A program made the translations under genes and the position numbers. From Haliotis rufescens (lineage: Eukaryota), in assembly GCF_023055435.1 (NCBI RefSeq), contig NW_025964372.1, forward strand, positions 31,930,001 to 31,994,000: a DNA stretch of 64,000 nt. Reading direction: 5' to 3'. Position 1 is the first letter of the stretch. Every line of letters starts with the position of its first letter. Shown piece by piece: positions 21,980 to 35,539 of the stretch. Under the pieces are notes generated by a model. It was not told the origin of the DNA and did no database searches. It saw nothing but the letters and a program-made list of their open reading frames with translations.

Positions 21980-24900
21980 ATGGCTAATGATCTTCCGATC
22001 GTGTCAGTCTGCATCGTCACAGACATTGCCAAATGTCCGGGGAATCATTCTGTTGTAAGTGGAAACTTGTGTCTTCTTAATGTTGTAGTGCATCACTCAT
22101 CTTCCTGAGGCAAGGGCATTAACTGACTGTAATCATGGTAATAGTCCAGTTTCCACCCTTGCTGAACTAGGCTGGGATTTCGGAGTTACATTTTGGCTGG
22201 ACTAACGAGTCTATGCATAGTCCAATCAAAATTGTGTAACAAACCTGACATCTGGTTCATAAACAACATAGATTTCACCGTGCAGATTTTGTTTGACTGC
22301 AGGATGTGCTAGACATGCTTACCATCAACTGGACGTCGACACATATTTTGCAAATCTGTTCATGTTTCTATTCAAGGTGCTCAAGTGATTTGGTGCGCTT
22401 TGCAGGGTAAGACCCGTTTTATTAGAATATAGATCTTGATTTTCGATCAGATCGTTTTCACTGGGCGCCACCATTTTGTTTGAAGCAAATGCAAGTGATA
22501 AGAGAGTTGGAATCTGATTGCATGCAGAAGAACACGTTGTGTTTAAAAATGTTGAACACAGCCTGACACAAATGGGTGTGAGAGTATTTCTTGCTGACTT
22601 GGTTGATGCATGTCATCATCCCAATTGCATGGATTGATGCTCATGATGTCAATCACTGGACTGTCTGGTCCAGATTATTTACAGACTCCCATCATATAGC
22701 TGGAATAGTGTGGTGTTAAACAACAAACAAACAAACAAATCCTTGTGTCTTGTCAGATTGAGAAAACCTTCAATGGAGCGGAGGAGGCAGACCTGTGGAA
22801 GGATGGAATATTCGGCCGTCGAGTCACCAGATACTTGTGTGTGGAGAAGACAGTCCCTGCAGAGGTGATAAATACATCAAGCAGCAGTCTTAGAAATTCC
22901 ATGTTTTTTAAGACTTACCGTAGGACTTGTGTAAATTTTGTTCACTCATCCCCAGTTTATGGCTCCTCCTGCTTGAATGAGTGAAAAGTGTCTACTGTGT
23001 TTACATTTTCTAGCTGTTTTATTCAGTTCAAATTTGTAAAATTGGAAAAATAACAAAATTGGAGCATTGAGAACTCAAGTGCTACTAGTCCATGACGACT
23101 ACCATCATTGGGTTCTTACATGTCCTCTGCACAATCTAGTTGTCTAAGGCTGGTGGAATGGCATGAATTTCGAGAGCTTTATCAGGACTTATCAGGATGG
23201 CATAATGATGATGAATGAGTAGACTAAATGAAATATTTATGTGAAATTATGCCCACCGCATGTTGTCCAAATTGCGGTGGGCATGGTGGGGTAGCCTTGT
23301 GGTTAAAGCTTTCGCTCGTCATGCTGAAGGCATGGGTAAGCTGGTAAACAGTGTCTCACAGTACCTATTTCAACCATTTTGAAAAAATAGTTTTCGCTGA
23401 TAGTGTCTTCATTTTTACATATATTAGGAATTAAATTTGTCCTTAATGTTAATATTAGTTTCAAATGATTTCATGTACAAAGTTACATTTAAAATGTTGA
23501 ATACCTCGTCTAGTTTTCAAGTTGCCTTTGTATGATTTCAACATGTGGTCACTTGGAAGAGGAATTAAAGTGATGTATTTGTTTTTTTGTGCCTTGCAGA
23601 ATCAGGATGTTCTAGTTGATGTTGTGATAATAAATGAGAAGGACCCAGTACCCCCTGGCTTCACCGTTCTGGACTTCACACAGGATACACGTAAGTTGCT
23701 ATGGCAACACGATGCATGTCAGTTTTTTAAGTACAGTAAACTAAGGTTATAACACTCAACGGGACCACTAATTTGAGTTTGTTATAACCCCAGTTTGTTA
23801 TAAACATATACACAGCACATATATAGCAAATGGCTGGGACCAAAAAATATGTCTGTTATATCTGTCAGTTCGTTATAAACATGTTTGTTATGAACGTAGT
23901 TTCCTGTATGTTGAGTCGAAGTGAATATAGAGATCTGGGGATAGGTAACATGGTTTGACAATGCACTGTATCATTAGAATAAACATGGTAAATGACTTAA
24001 GTTTTCATGTATTGTATTACAAATTTAAATCATGTTAAATATATACTACTTAAAGTAGTGGAAGGCTGTGTGTTGCAATACCCACCAGCCATGACAGAGT
24101 AACTATCGCCATATGAGTGAGTGAGTTGGGTTTAACGCCACTTTTAACAGTATTCCAGTTATATCGCGGCGTTTCAGCTTAATGTGGGAGGAAAGCCCAA
24201 AGTGATGCAGGTCTCGGACGTTTACCACTTCGGTGAAACCCACGAGCACGGGTATGGTGCTGACAAACCTAGAAACATAATCAGGGTGAACGGGATTCGA
24301 ACCCACAATCATAGGCTTCTGGCGTGCCCAAGGGACGCAACTCTGCACAGCGAATCGCAGCGCCTTAGACGACTGGGCCACCCGTGCCCCCATCGCCATA
24401 GGAGAAAATCAGGTGTTCTTCAACTTCTTTTGAGTAGTGTAGTGTATTGTGACAAAAAGTATCGTGTCTTTGGCAACTGACACTGTTGGCAATGACAGTA
24501 AATACTATTTCTATCTGTTAATGTTTGTGCTTCAGGAGAAAAAGCGCTGAAGAAGCGATTGTTATGTATCCGGTTGATGAACCAAACACTGACCAATGAT
24601 GCTATCACAGAGCTCATTCTGATGTCAAAAGGGACGCGGAAGCCGCCAAATGGCTACACATTTGTTGGGTGAGAAGCTGGTAGTTGTGTTTGGGGTGAAA
24701 CGGAAACAGGCGTAAAATATTTGTTGCTGTTGTGTAGTACTTGAAAAAGATATTCTTAAAAGCATTGTGATTTATCAGCGCCTCTGTAGCCTAGTGGGAC
24801 ATTCACTGGGCTACAGATACGAAGGTTGCGTATTTGATCCTCGAGAATATAAAGAAAACATTTGTCATTTGTTCTTACATTTAGGACAAAATATGAGTAG

Positions 24901-27900
24901 AAGTTGTATTAATAAAATCCCTGGGATATTATATAAAATATCCGGGAAATTATAATATATTATGCAGCTAATATGCCTGGGATATCATATATAATCCCAG
25001 GGCTATTTACAACGCCCCCTTTTATGAGATTTAACCCGACTGGAGAACAATAGGATGATGTCACTGGAGGGTTTGACCCGTGAAGATTCGGGGTAGATTA
25101 GGTCATCAGGAACCCATGCTTGCTGTAAAAGGTATCAAACAACAATAAACAAACAACACTGGAGGTTTATAAAAAAAGATTTATCCTTAATGAACTTTTG
25201 AACTGGTCCCCAAGGATGCCATTGTTTTGAGTTGTGTCCATGTTTCAGAGAGCTGAACCACTTGTCCATGTGCTTCAAGATGGGGAGGGTGACAAAGACA
25301 GAGGCAAGCCACCTGTCCAGCCAGCTCCCCTACCCCATGCCACACGCTGGAGGGGGTGCGGGGACCATCAGTCTGTGAGTCTCACTCCATGTAGATCAGG
25401 ATGGCTATTGTTAACCTATAACACAGTATTGGAGCTAGTAGTCAAGAATAATAAATTTATCATTTTTAATAATTGGAAGGCACCTGTGTGTAAAATAAAA
25501 ATAACATTGCAATATCTTTTTCTAAGGTAATGTCATGGTCAGTTGGTTGAAATATGTAACAAAACTATGTTAAAGAATTGCTGGGGATTTCTTAGACTAA
25601 CATCTAGACTCTGAAATGAAAATATCTTAGAGGCTCTTCATTTTCAGAAACCGAAACTGCAGTAGTCTAGACTTGCCAACTATTATAGACTTGCATGGGC
25701 TGTAGTTGGATATATTTGTTCAGGATCTGCAAAACAGACTGGGTGTTTCTTTGAATGACAAGTTACGGAGTCATCTCCCTTCCACTTGCGTTGTTTTACT
25801 TCATTTCTTTTGATACAGAAATTAGTCAACATTAAAAAAACAACTTTCTCTTAATTAATTTTTAAGTCCTCTCAATGTTTGGTTGTAAGAACTGTACTGA
25901 TAAGAACAGCACCTTTCTGTTGGCTGATGCGTTAAGGTTATGAAGGAGGGGTACAATGTTAATTAACAAGGCTGCCTTCGTTAATCCCTAACCATGACAG
26001 CATAAACTTCTAGGATATCTGATTTATACTTATTTTTTACTTTGTCTCCTGCCATTCTGTGCAGCCTATAACTCCATGATAATCCTGGTTAGAATAGGTC
26101 TTCAGCAACCAATGTTTGTTTTTAGAGGCAACTAACAGGATTGGGTGCTCAGACTCGCCGACTTGGTTGATGCATGCCATCATATCCCAAATGCGTAGAT
26201 CAACACTTATGATGTCAATCACTGGAATTTCAGTCCAGACTCGATTATTTACGGGATGCCATCATGTAGCTGGAATATAGAGTTGAGTAACAAACAAACA
26301 GACAGCTCTAAAAGTTTTGTTTTGTTTCTGAGTATTAGACAGCTGTAAAGGTTTTGTTTTGTTTCTGAGTGTTAGACAGCTGATTTGTAGTGTTTGTTGT
26401 TTCCAGGACCCCACTAGGGACGTCGCTGCCATATGAGATGAACCCTGGTGGCCAGCCGGCTGTGAACGGACACAAGCAGGGCACCCTCACCACTCAACTC
26501 TCACTTACTCACATCAACCGTAAGTCAATCCATTCCTGAATCCATTACTGAAGGGACCCGTGAAGATCAGGGTCAGAATAGGTCATCAGGAACCCATGCT
26601 TGCCGTTTAAAGCGACTATGCTTGTCGTAAGAGGCGACTAATGGGATCGGGTGGTCAGGCTCGCTGACTTGGTTAATAAATAACATTGTATCCCAATTGC
26701 ATGGATCGATGCTCATGATGTCAATCACTGGATTGTCTTGTCCAGGCTCGATTATTTACAGACCACCGTCATATTGCTGGAATATTGCTGAGTGCGGCGT
26801 TAAAAACAAACAAACATTACTGAAGGTGGGTCAGTGGGTTAGCCTTGTGGTTAAGTGTTAGCTTGTCAGGCTAATGACCCAGGTCAAATCTCCCACATTG
26901 GGATTCCTTTGAACACCTTACATCTGTTACATCATAGCCGGAAATTCCTGTTTTGGCTGACCATCAATAAAGTCTTAGATTTTCAACAGATGTCCTCTTC
27001 ATTTCCAACCTATCTATTAGTTGTGAGGAAAACCCTATAACTATTGTTTGATAATTCCTGGGATCTGGCTTCTAGTATCCCTAGATAGTTGACAGCAGTG
27101 AAGACAGACAGAAGAAAACAGATGTCTATTGCCTGATATTTTGTTCTTGATCTTCTACTTCTGGCATTTTATGTCAACATCATATTTCATAGTGTGATGG
27201 TCAGCCCAAACAAGAATTTATGGCAATGATGTAATGGAGGTAGTTCCTTAGAATAGAAGATATCTGTTGTCCCCTGTATTGCTTAACTATAGCAGGCAGT
27301 AGTGTACAACTTGGCTCACTCACTGTAACTGAGAGTCCACATGGCTCACAACTAGATAACGGGCACAGGTGGCCCAGTCGTCTAAGGGGCTGCAATTCAC
27401 TGTGCAGAGTTGCCTCCCTTGGGCATGCCAGAAACTTATGATTGTGGGTTCGAATCCCGGTTGGCGCTGATTAGTTTTCTGGGTTTGTCAGAACCATCCC
27501 TGTGCTCATGGGTTTCACAGACGTGGTAAACATCTAAGCCTTGCATCGCTTTCCTCCCACTTCAAGCTGACATGCCGTGGTATAACTGAAATACTGTTCG
27601 AAGCAACTAAACTCACTCACTCACAAGTAGATAGCACAGCTAGGTCCCTGCATGTTTTTTATTGTGTAATTTTCTCTTTCAGCTTTGAATGGAGTGCCCT
27701 GGCAACTCAACTCCCGGTTGAAGACAAATGATGTATGTATGTTAAACCTGTAAAACTTTAAGAGATTTTCTTTATGCAGGTGTCATTGAGCATGTGGATG
27801 TATTTGATGCCCGATGTAGGCTGGAGGTTTCATATATTAAGATGCCTACACATCAAATATAGCAGCCATGATATATTTTGGACTATTAGTGTAAAACGAT

Positions 27901-29565
27901 GTTCACTCAAGTGGATGGTCTTAATTTGTTCTTAATCTCTTTTGCAGATAACTATTCCGGAGATCAGATACAAGTCCATGATGGATGTTGAAAATGAGGT
28001 ATGAGAATTGACTGAATGACACTCCTATATAAAGAGTTGACTGAATGAGGCTTCTGTATAAAGAGTTGACTAAATGAGAATCCTATTGTAAGACTTGACT
28101 GAATGAGCCCCCTATATAAAGAGTTGACTGAATGAAGCTCCTATATAAAGAGTTGACTGAATGAAGCTCCTATATAAAGAGTTGACTGAATGAAGCTCCT
28201 ATATAAAGAGTTGACTGAATGAAGCTCCTATATAAAGAGTTGACTGAATGAGACTCCTATATAAAGAGTTGACTAAATGAGACTCCTATATTAAGAGTTG
28301 ACTGAATGAGACTCCTATATAAAGAGTTGACTAAATGAGACTCCTATATAAAGAGTTGACTAAATGAGACTCCTATATAAAGAGTTGACTGAATGAGACT
28401 CCTATATAAAGAGTTAACTGAATGAGACTCCTATATATAGAGTTGACTGAATGAGACTCCTAATAAAGAGTTGACTAAATGAGACTCCTATATAAAGAGT
28501 TGACTAAATGAGACTCCTATTTTAAGAGTTGAATAAATGAGACTCCTATATTAAGAGTTGACTTAATGAGACTCCTATATAAAGAGTTGACTGAATGAGA
28601 CTCATATATAAAGAGTTGACTGAATGAGACTCCTCTATAAAGAGTTAACTGAATGAGACTCCTATATAAAGAGTTGACTGAATGAGACTCCTATATAAAG
28701 AGTTGACTAAATGAGAATCCTATATAAAGAGTTGACTGAATGAGACTCCTCTATAAAGAGTTAACTGAATGAGACTCCTATATAAAGAGTTGACTGAATG
28801 AGACTCCTATATAAAGAGTTGACTAAATGAGAATCCTGTATAAAGAGTTGACTGAATGAGACTCATATATAAAGAGTTGACTGAATGAGACTCCTCTATA
28901 AAGAGTTAACTGAATGAGACTCCTATATAAAGAGTTGACTGAATGAGACTCCTATATAAAGAGTTGACTGAATGAGACTCCTATATAAAGAGTTGACTGA
29001 ATGAGACTCCTCTATAAAGAGTTAACTGAATGAGACTCCTATATAAAGAGTTGACTCAATGAGACTCCTATATTAAGAGTTGACTAAATGAGACTCCTAT
29101 ATAAAGAGTTGACTGAATGAGACTTCTATATTAAGAGTTGACTAAATGAGACTCCTATATAAAGAGTTGACTGAATGAGACTCCTATATAAAGAGTTGAC
29201 TAAATGAGACTCCTATATAAAGAGTTGACTAAATGAGACTCCTATTTTAAGAGTTGACTAAATGAGACTCCTATATTAAGAGTTGACTGATTGAGACTCT
29301 GGTGGCCACAATGGCTATCATACTGTCACACTTTGTAAGGGTGCTCATGCTGTCAACCACTGGTCAACCAGATCCAGACTCCATTTTTCACAAACTCATA
29401 TGATATAGCTGGAATAGTGCTAATTGGCATTAAACAACACTTTCTGAGTCCCAAGACGAGCAATCTATTGCCTCCATGTTGATACCATCCCTCCTCTCTC
29501 CTCTTCAGTACCAGTATGACTTCCGAGTGGAGCGGACGGCAATGCAGGCAGCCGGGGGAAGCTGA
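21980..29565 (+). CDS. MVB12B: Multivesicular body subunit 12 (ESCRT-I; MABP + UMA domains), about 267 aa; exons 21980-22054, 22757-22864, 23600-23690, 24536-24668, 25249-25374, 26407-26519, 27683-27732, 27948-27998, 29509-29565
   Basis: All introns are GT-AG and all phases join. Translation: MANDLPIVSVCIVTDIAKCPGNHSV|IEKTFNGAEEADLWKDGIFGRRVTRYLC...|...PPNGYTFVG|ELNHLSMCFK...|PLNGVPWQLN...|ITIPEIRYKSMMDVENE|YQYDFRVERTAMQAAGGS*. Carries the MABP motif ADLWKDG.FG....RYLC and a C-terminal UMA motif. Confidence 0.92.
24114..24390 (-). mobile_element. SINE family B, full length
   Basis: TSD ATCGCCATA. Confidence 0.88.
26555..26814 (+). mobile_element. Short retroposon family C, full length (GACCCGTGAAG...(AAAC)n)
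   Basis: TSD CATTACTGAAGG. Contains the GTCGTAAGAGGCGACTAA motif. Copies at about 7150-7350, 10202-10422, 16355-16580, 42893-43144, 44635-44892, 50132-50395, 51597-51858, 55435-55703 and 60900-61100. Confidence 0.88.
27360..27624 (+). mobile_element. SINE family B copy
   Basis: Diverged full-length copy. Confidence 0.8.
28004..29299. repeat. 29-bp minisatellite (GAGTTGACTGAATGAGACTCCTATATAAA), about 45 units, in the last MVB12 intron
   Basis: Directly visible tandem units. Confidence 0.97.
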
Positions 29566-31300
29566 AACCAGCACAAACTGGAATGAACTTGAAGCAACCA
29601 ATTTCAGTTTTACATATTTCTTAGTACTTCCTTCCCTCTATGCTTGGCCCTCCAATGCTTTGTCCAGCATGTTTTTGCTGTAACCATGGTAACGAACCAT
29701 TGAAGCGTTGCTTATACATTTCACAGAACTGTTTCTTTGTTGAAGTTGGTTCTTTTTCGGACAAACTGGTGTTAGATTTGTTTTAAAATGTCAGGTCAAA
29801 CAAAACATAGTGCAATCAAGCTGAAAATATTTAAAGTAGATCAATGTTACAAAAAGCGAAACAGAAAGTAAACAAATTTGTTCCGGTTACTGATACAGCT
29901 AAAATTTGGAAGGAAAGAAACATTTTTATATAAAATGTCACCCTTGATCATGTTGATTTGTGTTGATTTTAAATGTATTTACACAACTTTCTAGTTTTTT
30001 AATTTCCTCAATGATAAATGCATGGTTTAATATTGATATTGCAAGTGTGATATTTACTTGCGAGGGACAATATGACTGTGACCTGCGCCGGCACATGTGA
30101 GCCACAGTACAAAGCAGTCAGATGGTGGTACGGAGGGAGACATTGTGGTCTGTCAAGAGTGTTTCCCCTGGGGGAAAACAACCTGAACAAAACCAGGGTA
30201 GCTTAAGTGTAGGGTCGGAGTGTAGCAGTGTTGTATCTATCTCAGTTGGATGCAAATGTTTCTTTGAACAAACGTGTACTTTAGCGTGTCGTCACATACA
30301 ACTGGTGTAACAGAATGGTCACCACTGGGACACACTGTTATATTACTTTATAGATTTGTTTGTGAAAAATTGGAATTTCCGTGTTATCTGAATACATTGT
30401 ATATTGCGTGTCTTGATGCACTTGATGTTTGACTTTCTGTATGCACAGTATTGAACGTGATTCACACATCAGTTTGCTTAGGGGAATAAGAAAATGTAGT
30501 GCTTTTCAGAAAGAAAATCCACTTTATATATTTTTAGGGCTTGTGGATCTGTAAATCAATAAACTGAGAAAAATCACGCTAAATATGCTCGCATACAGCA
30601 GGAGAAGGTAATGGGTACATCTAACGAGAAGTCGGGGAGAAAATGAGTTCAGGTCAACGAGGAAGTACTCTCGGAGAAAAGCTTGTTAGTATGGTATGAC
30701 TCTCTATTATCGCTGGCTCCATATTATTGCGGTAACGGTAAATCTTGAAGTCCACACCCCCTGTCAACTGTTTACCTATGCACATCTAAGCGTGATATTT
30801 TATTGCTTGATCGAATACAGGACTCGTTGCAGTATGTCATGGCTACTCGTAAGTATACATGTTAACTTTTTTATGATAGTTTCTGAAATGATTTTGAAGT
30901 GGAATTACCCCTACTTCCATTCGTAATTGATTAGAAAAGAACCCATTTGTTTGGATGAAGTTCTTTAACCCAACCTAGGTCGTATGCATATTGATTATGC
31001 ATAATCCAAAACAGGAAGTGATGTATCGTAACAGAAAATAGCCATACTTCAGTAATACAGAGTTGCCTGCACTTGAGTCGCTAATGACAGGTACTTTGTT
31101 TACCGACCTCGGTAAAGAAAATCAGCATCGATCAATATGTCATAAAAGTTGAACAAAGAACAAGAAACATTTATGACATATTTAATAGGTCAGTAAGTGT
31201 TTGCCATTCTGATCCATTATTAATTAACTACCGCGATAATATGGTGTACCATGCTACACTAACCTGATCATTTTAATGTTGTGTAGTTCATCTTAATATG

Positions 31301-31776
31301 CATCTTCCCTAGGCAAGAGAGTTAACTGACTTTAAAAGTCCAGTTTCCACCCTTGCCGAACTTGGCTGGAATTCCAGGGCTCGATCGTAGCGCCACAAGT
31401 GGTTATTACGAGTTATGTCCCTTCTAAGCCTGTCCTATGGACCAATCAGATTCCATCACTTGCATTTGTTTCAAACAAAACAGTGGCGCCCAGTCAAGAC
31501 GATCTGATCAATAATCAAGATCTATATTGTGATAAAACGAGTCTTACATCGCTAAGTGCATCAAATCACGCAAGCACCTTGATTAAAAACATGAAAAGGT
31601 TTGGAAAATATCTGCTGACAACGACCAGGCGGTGCACATGCTTTGCAAATCCTGCAATTGACCGAAATCTGCGCGACAGTTTGCTGTCAAAATGTAACTC
31701 CATAATACCAATCTAGTTCGGCAAGGGTGGAAACTGGACTTTTATAGTCCGTTAACTCTCATGCTTCGGGAAGATG
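31301..31776. mobile_element. MITE with ~70-bp TIRs (CATCTTCC...GGAAGATG), Mutator-like
   Basis: 9-bp TSD CTTAATATG; partial copies at about 22097-22520, 60130-60534 and 4355-4404. Confidence 0.85.
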
Positions 31777-32765
31777 CTTAATATGTGTATACTCTTTGTT
31801 CATTTTAATTCTTCAATGGGATTGGGACGATACACAAAGTCAAGACCAGTATGTTTCATGGTACAGAGAGAGTGTCACAGGTTGACGAGGATGTTGAGAA
31901 TATTGGGTTCATGCTGTAATGCATTTACTGTGCACACTAAAAACTACTGTACAGGCTAAAAAATTAATAGTCTTGGTTCTCAGGCTCCGCCCGCATCATC
32001 GTAAAGCTCACTACACGTTTCATTTTTATTTCCATTTTTTTAAAGAAACAAAAAAATTCTTAAATATTCCAAGTCCAATGGTAGTCAAATACTGTATTCC
32101 AGTATTTTTACTCATCGGGGAATACATTTATTTTGGGAGGCCCTTTCCCAGGTTGATTGTACATAACTGTTTTTTTGGTTACACAACTGTTTATTTGGTT
32201 AAATACTAGTTTGAACAACCACAAAAAGAACACCGTATTATACCGTAAACTACGTTTATAACAAACAGGTTTATAACAAATTGACGGATATAACGAACTG
32301 ACTTTTTTTGTCCCGGCATTTTGCTGTATATTTTCTGTATACATGCTTATTACGAACTACGGTTATAATGAACTAGAATTAGATCTCCCTTTGAGTTTGT
32401 TATGACCCTAGTTTACTGTATTTTCAAAAGCCATGCCTGAAAACCAAATTTTAATATTTTTTTTAGCCTAACAAAGTAATCGTTACAGAGCTGTCATTTT
32501 CTGTTGGTATTTCAGCCTGTGATAACTTAGTGTGCAACTTAATATGTCATGTTACATTGTTGTATCAGTGAGTCGTCCCATCCCTTCTCCCTATTTTATC
32601 TTTGTTTATTTTATGTTACACTGCCTTTACAAACATACCACATTTTGGTAACTTTGCTTTTTTAGACTCACTTGGTTGAATATGAAATATTCCTGTATTG
32701 ATATTATATGGAAATTCATTAAGTTTATGAAATAATTCCTTTAATGTCAATTTGGGGGCTTTTCT

Positions 32766-33025
32766 GGCCGTCATCTCAGGCGCCACAATTCACTGTGCAG
32801 AGTTGTGTCCCTTGGCTACGCCAGAAACCTATGATTGTGGGTTTGAATCCTGGTTCGCCCCGATTATGTTTCAAGGTTTGTCAGCAATATACCTGTGCTC
32901 GTTGGTTTCACTGAAGTGGTAAATGTCTGAGACCTGCATCACTTCGGTCACCGCCACAATAAGCTGACACACCGCAATATAACCCGAATATTGTTAGAAG
33001 CGGTGCTAAACCCCACTCACTCACT
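32766..33025 (+). mobile_element. SINE family B copy
   Basis: Diverged copy. Confidence 0.75.
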
Positions 33026-34768
33026 TTAATGTCTATTTGTAAAGCAAATGAATAAAATAAAATAAAGTGAACCAAAAATTTGTTTTGATAGGTCACAATT
33101 ATCTTCCAATATGTTTGCGAAATAAATAAACTGAATGTATCTTTGAAACAGTTTCAGAGTGAGATCTATTAGATCTATAACTCATTTGGTCCAGATAGCA
33201 CAGCGGGTAAAGTGTTTGTGGCCGGCTGAAGATCAGGACCCTATTCCACGGAGCTATCTTAGCGCTATGATGATCTTAAGCCTATGTGATCGTATGGGAC
33301 TTACGATCACCTTAGCAATAAGATCATGTGGTGGAAAGGGTCCCTCAGTTCTATTCCAACATAGGAACAAGGTGAAGTGTATTCTTCATGCCATTGCTGT
33401 GATATGGCTGGAATTTTGTTTGAAGTTCTTTGACTAATATCTTGCTGCTAGATCACATTCAATGGGGATATAATACTGTATTAGTAAGTCTGGAGACTTT
33501 CAACCCCTTGTTCTGTGTTGATCATGTTGGCCATGTTGGTCATGTTGGCCATGTTGATGTTGCTTTTCGCTGTTGTGATATATGCCGGCAGTGTGGCTGA
33601 AAATGTTCAGTTAGACGTGCATGAAAGCTATGGAGGTGGGTTCGAATCCTGGTTTGCCCTGATTATGTTTCTAGGTTTGTCAGCACCATCACACTCATGG
33701 GTTTCACCAAAGTGGTAATGTCTAAGACCTGCATCACATTTGGCTTTCTTCCCACATGAAGCTGACACGTCTTGATATAACTGATCAAACAGCAGTAAAC
33801 CCAACTCACTCACTCACCGTTGCAAATGTCCACCATCTATGTTATCCTAATAGATTTGATTCTGTATGTGTTTTGATGTTTAACCGATTAAATGATTGCT
33901 CTTCCTCGTACATTATTATACCACGGCGTATGAGTAGAGCACAAGTCCAATGTGATAACAGTGATGAAATAAACCTGGGAGTGATGTAGATATTATCTGT
34001 AACCATGGTAACATATAAGTCAATCTGTAAAGCTGTATATATACATACCCGGTATGTGTTAATAACCAGTCCATCTGAACTGGTTTTTGTGTTGAATATA
34101 CCAGTGACCTTATTATTCTGTATCAAGGTTAAATTTGAGGATTATGTCAATATCTCTGTGTAATTTTGATGGAGTAGTTTGGTAATAGTTGCTACACAGT
34201 GTAGAGAAGTGTAGGCAGATGTGTCATGGTCTTGTGGTTTCCTTATATGTCCATGTAGGTTTATGCTTATTGTTTCATTGCTTTACTTTGTTGTTGTTCA
34301 CGATCAAACAATTTCGTTATCTGCCATGTCTATTTCCACTTGAATCGAATCATTTTGTTGTTTTATGGTATGATGAAAAGATAAACTACTCAATAGATGT
34401 TAAAAGTCCACAATCTTTTCATATGACTATAGTTAATCACATGACAGATAAACTTTAGTCTCATGAAAAAAAATTAGTGTTCTTTAACTTCTTTTGAATA
34501 GTGTATATTCTCTCTAAAATATATCTTTGTTAAGGTTGTAGATTCATTATTTTTGGAGGGGCGGTCGGGTAGCCTAGTGGTTAAAGCGTTCGCTTGTCAC
34601 GCCGAAGACCCTGGTTCGATTCCCCATACTCACTCATTATGTTTGGAACTCTTTCCATATCTTGTTTTTTAGCTAAGGTCATACTAAATGACTTATTTGA
34701 TTATCATCCATGCTTGCTTCACTACAAAGCAGCCTACCGGTACATTCAAACGATTGCTGATGTATTTA

Positions 34769-35087
34769 CCGTATTCGACGTAATAAGCGCCCAGGGCGCT
34801 CTCAAAATTAGAAATAGGGGGCTCTTATTAGAATATTATTTTGGTGGAGTTGAAAGATAAATTTCGTGGTTTATGCCGACCGCCTGAAATGTTTATGTAC
34901 GACAGATATATTTTTCCAGAATTTAATTGCCCATGATTAAGGGTGCATATAACACACGAGTGCGTATTATACGCGAAAAAATAAGTCTTCGGAAGGGGTG
35001 CCAATTGGGATTGTTCACTAGTCAATATATTAGCAAATATCGCCGTGGGCACTTATTAGAGCGGGGCGCTTATTATGTCAAATACGG
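34769..35087. mobile_element. Tc1/mariner-superfamily MITE (TIR CCGTATTCGACGTAATAAGCGCCC)
   Basis: TA TSD and inverted termini. Confidence 0.75.
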
Positions 35088-35166
35088 TACTTTCTTTCCC
35101 TATTTGATGAAAAGTGTTGTATCTGTAGTCCTACCAAACATTCTTGCTTCATGTGAATCACATCTA

Positions 35167-35390
35167 TCAACGGTTAATGAACACAGATGCCTTGAACAGT
35201 TGGTTTAGATATACTGAACAAAATATTAGGGAAGTTAGGGATCATGAATATTTTGAGGATGTTGCGTATGAAATTATGGGCTCGGTCTACACTATACACA
35301 AGTTTCCCCAAAAATATTCACGATCCCTGACATTTTTTGTTCAGTATATTTAAACCGACTGTTTAAGGCTTCTGTGTTCATTACTGTTGA
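35167..35390. mobile_element. Long-TIR palindromic element
   Basis: TCAACGGTTAATGAACACAGA..TATACTGAACAAAA / TTTTGTTCAGTATA..TCTGTGTTCATTACTGTTGA. Confidence 0.65.
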
Positions 35391-35539
35391 CGGCTAAAGT
35401 ATAAGAATTGCGGTGTTATTACATCTGTAAAGGTGGGACTGGCAAGCACATCTTCCACTGATCTCAGTTGGCCCCAAGGCTGAATCCTATAATATTTGCT
35501 AGTCAATGAGTGTTTCATTTTGTAATATCATCTTTCCTA

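Noticed and set aside
28004-29299. CRISPR-like appearance of the 29-45 bp arrays
   Set aside because: Head-to-tail units without unique spacers, no cas genes, eukaryotic context.
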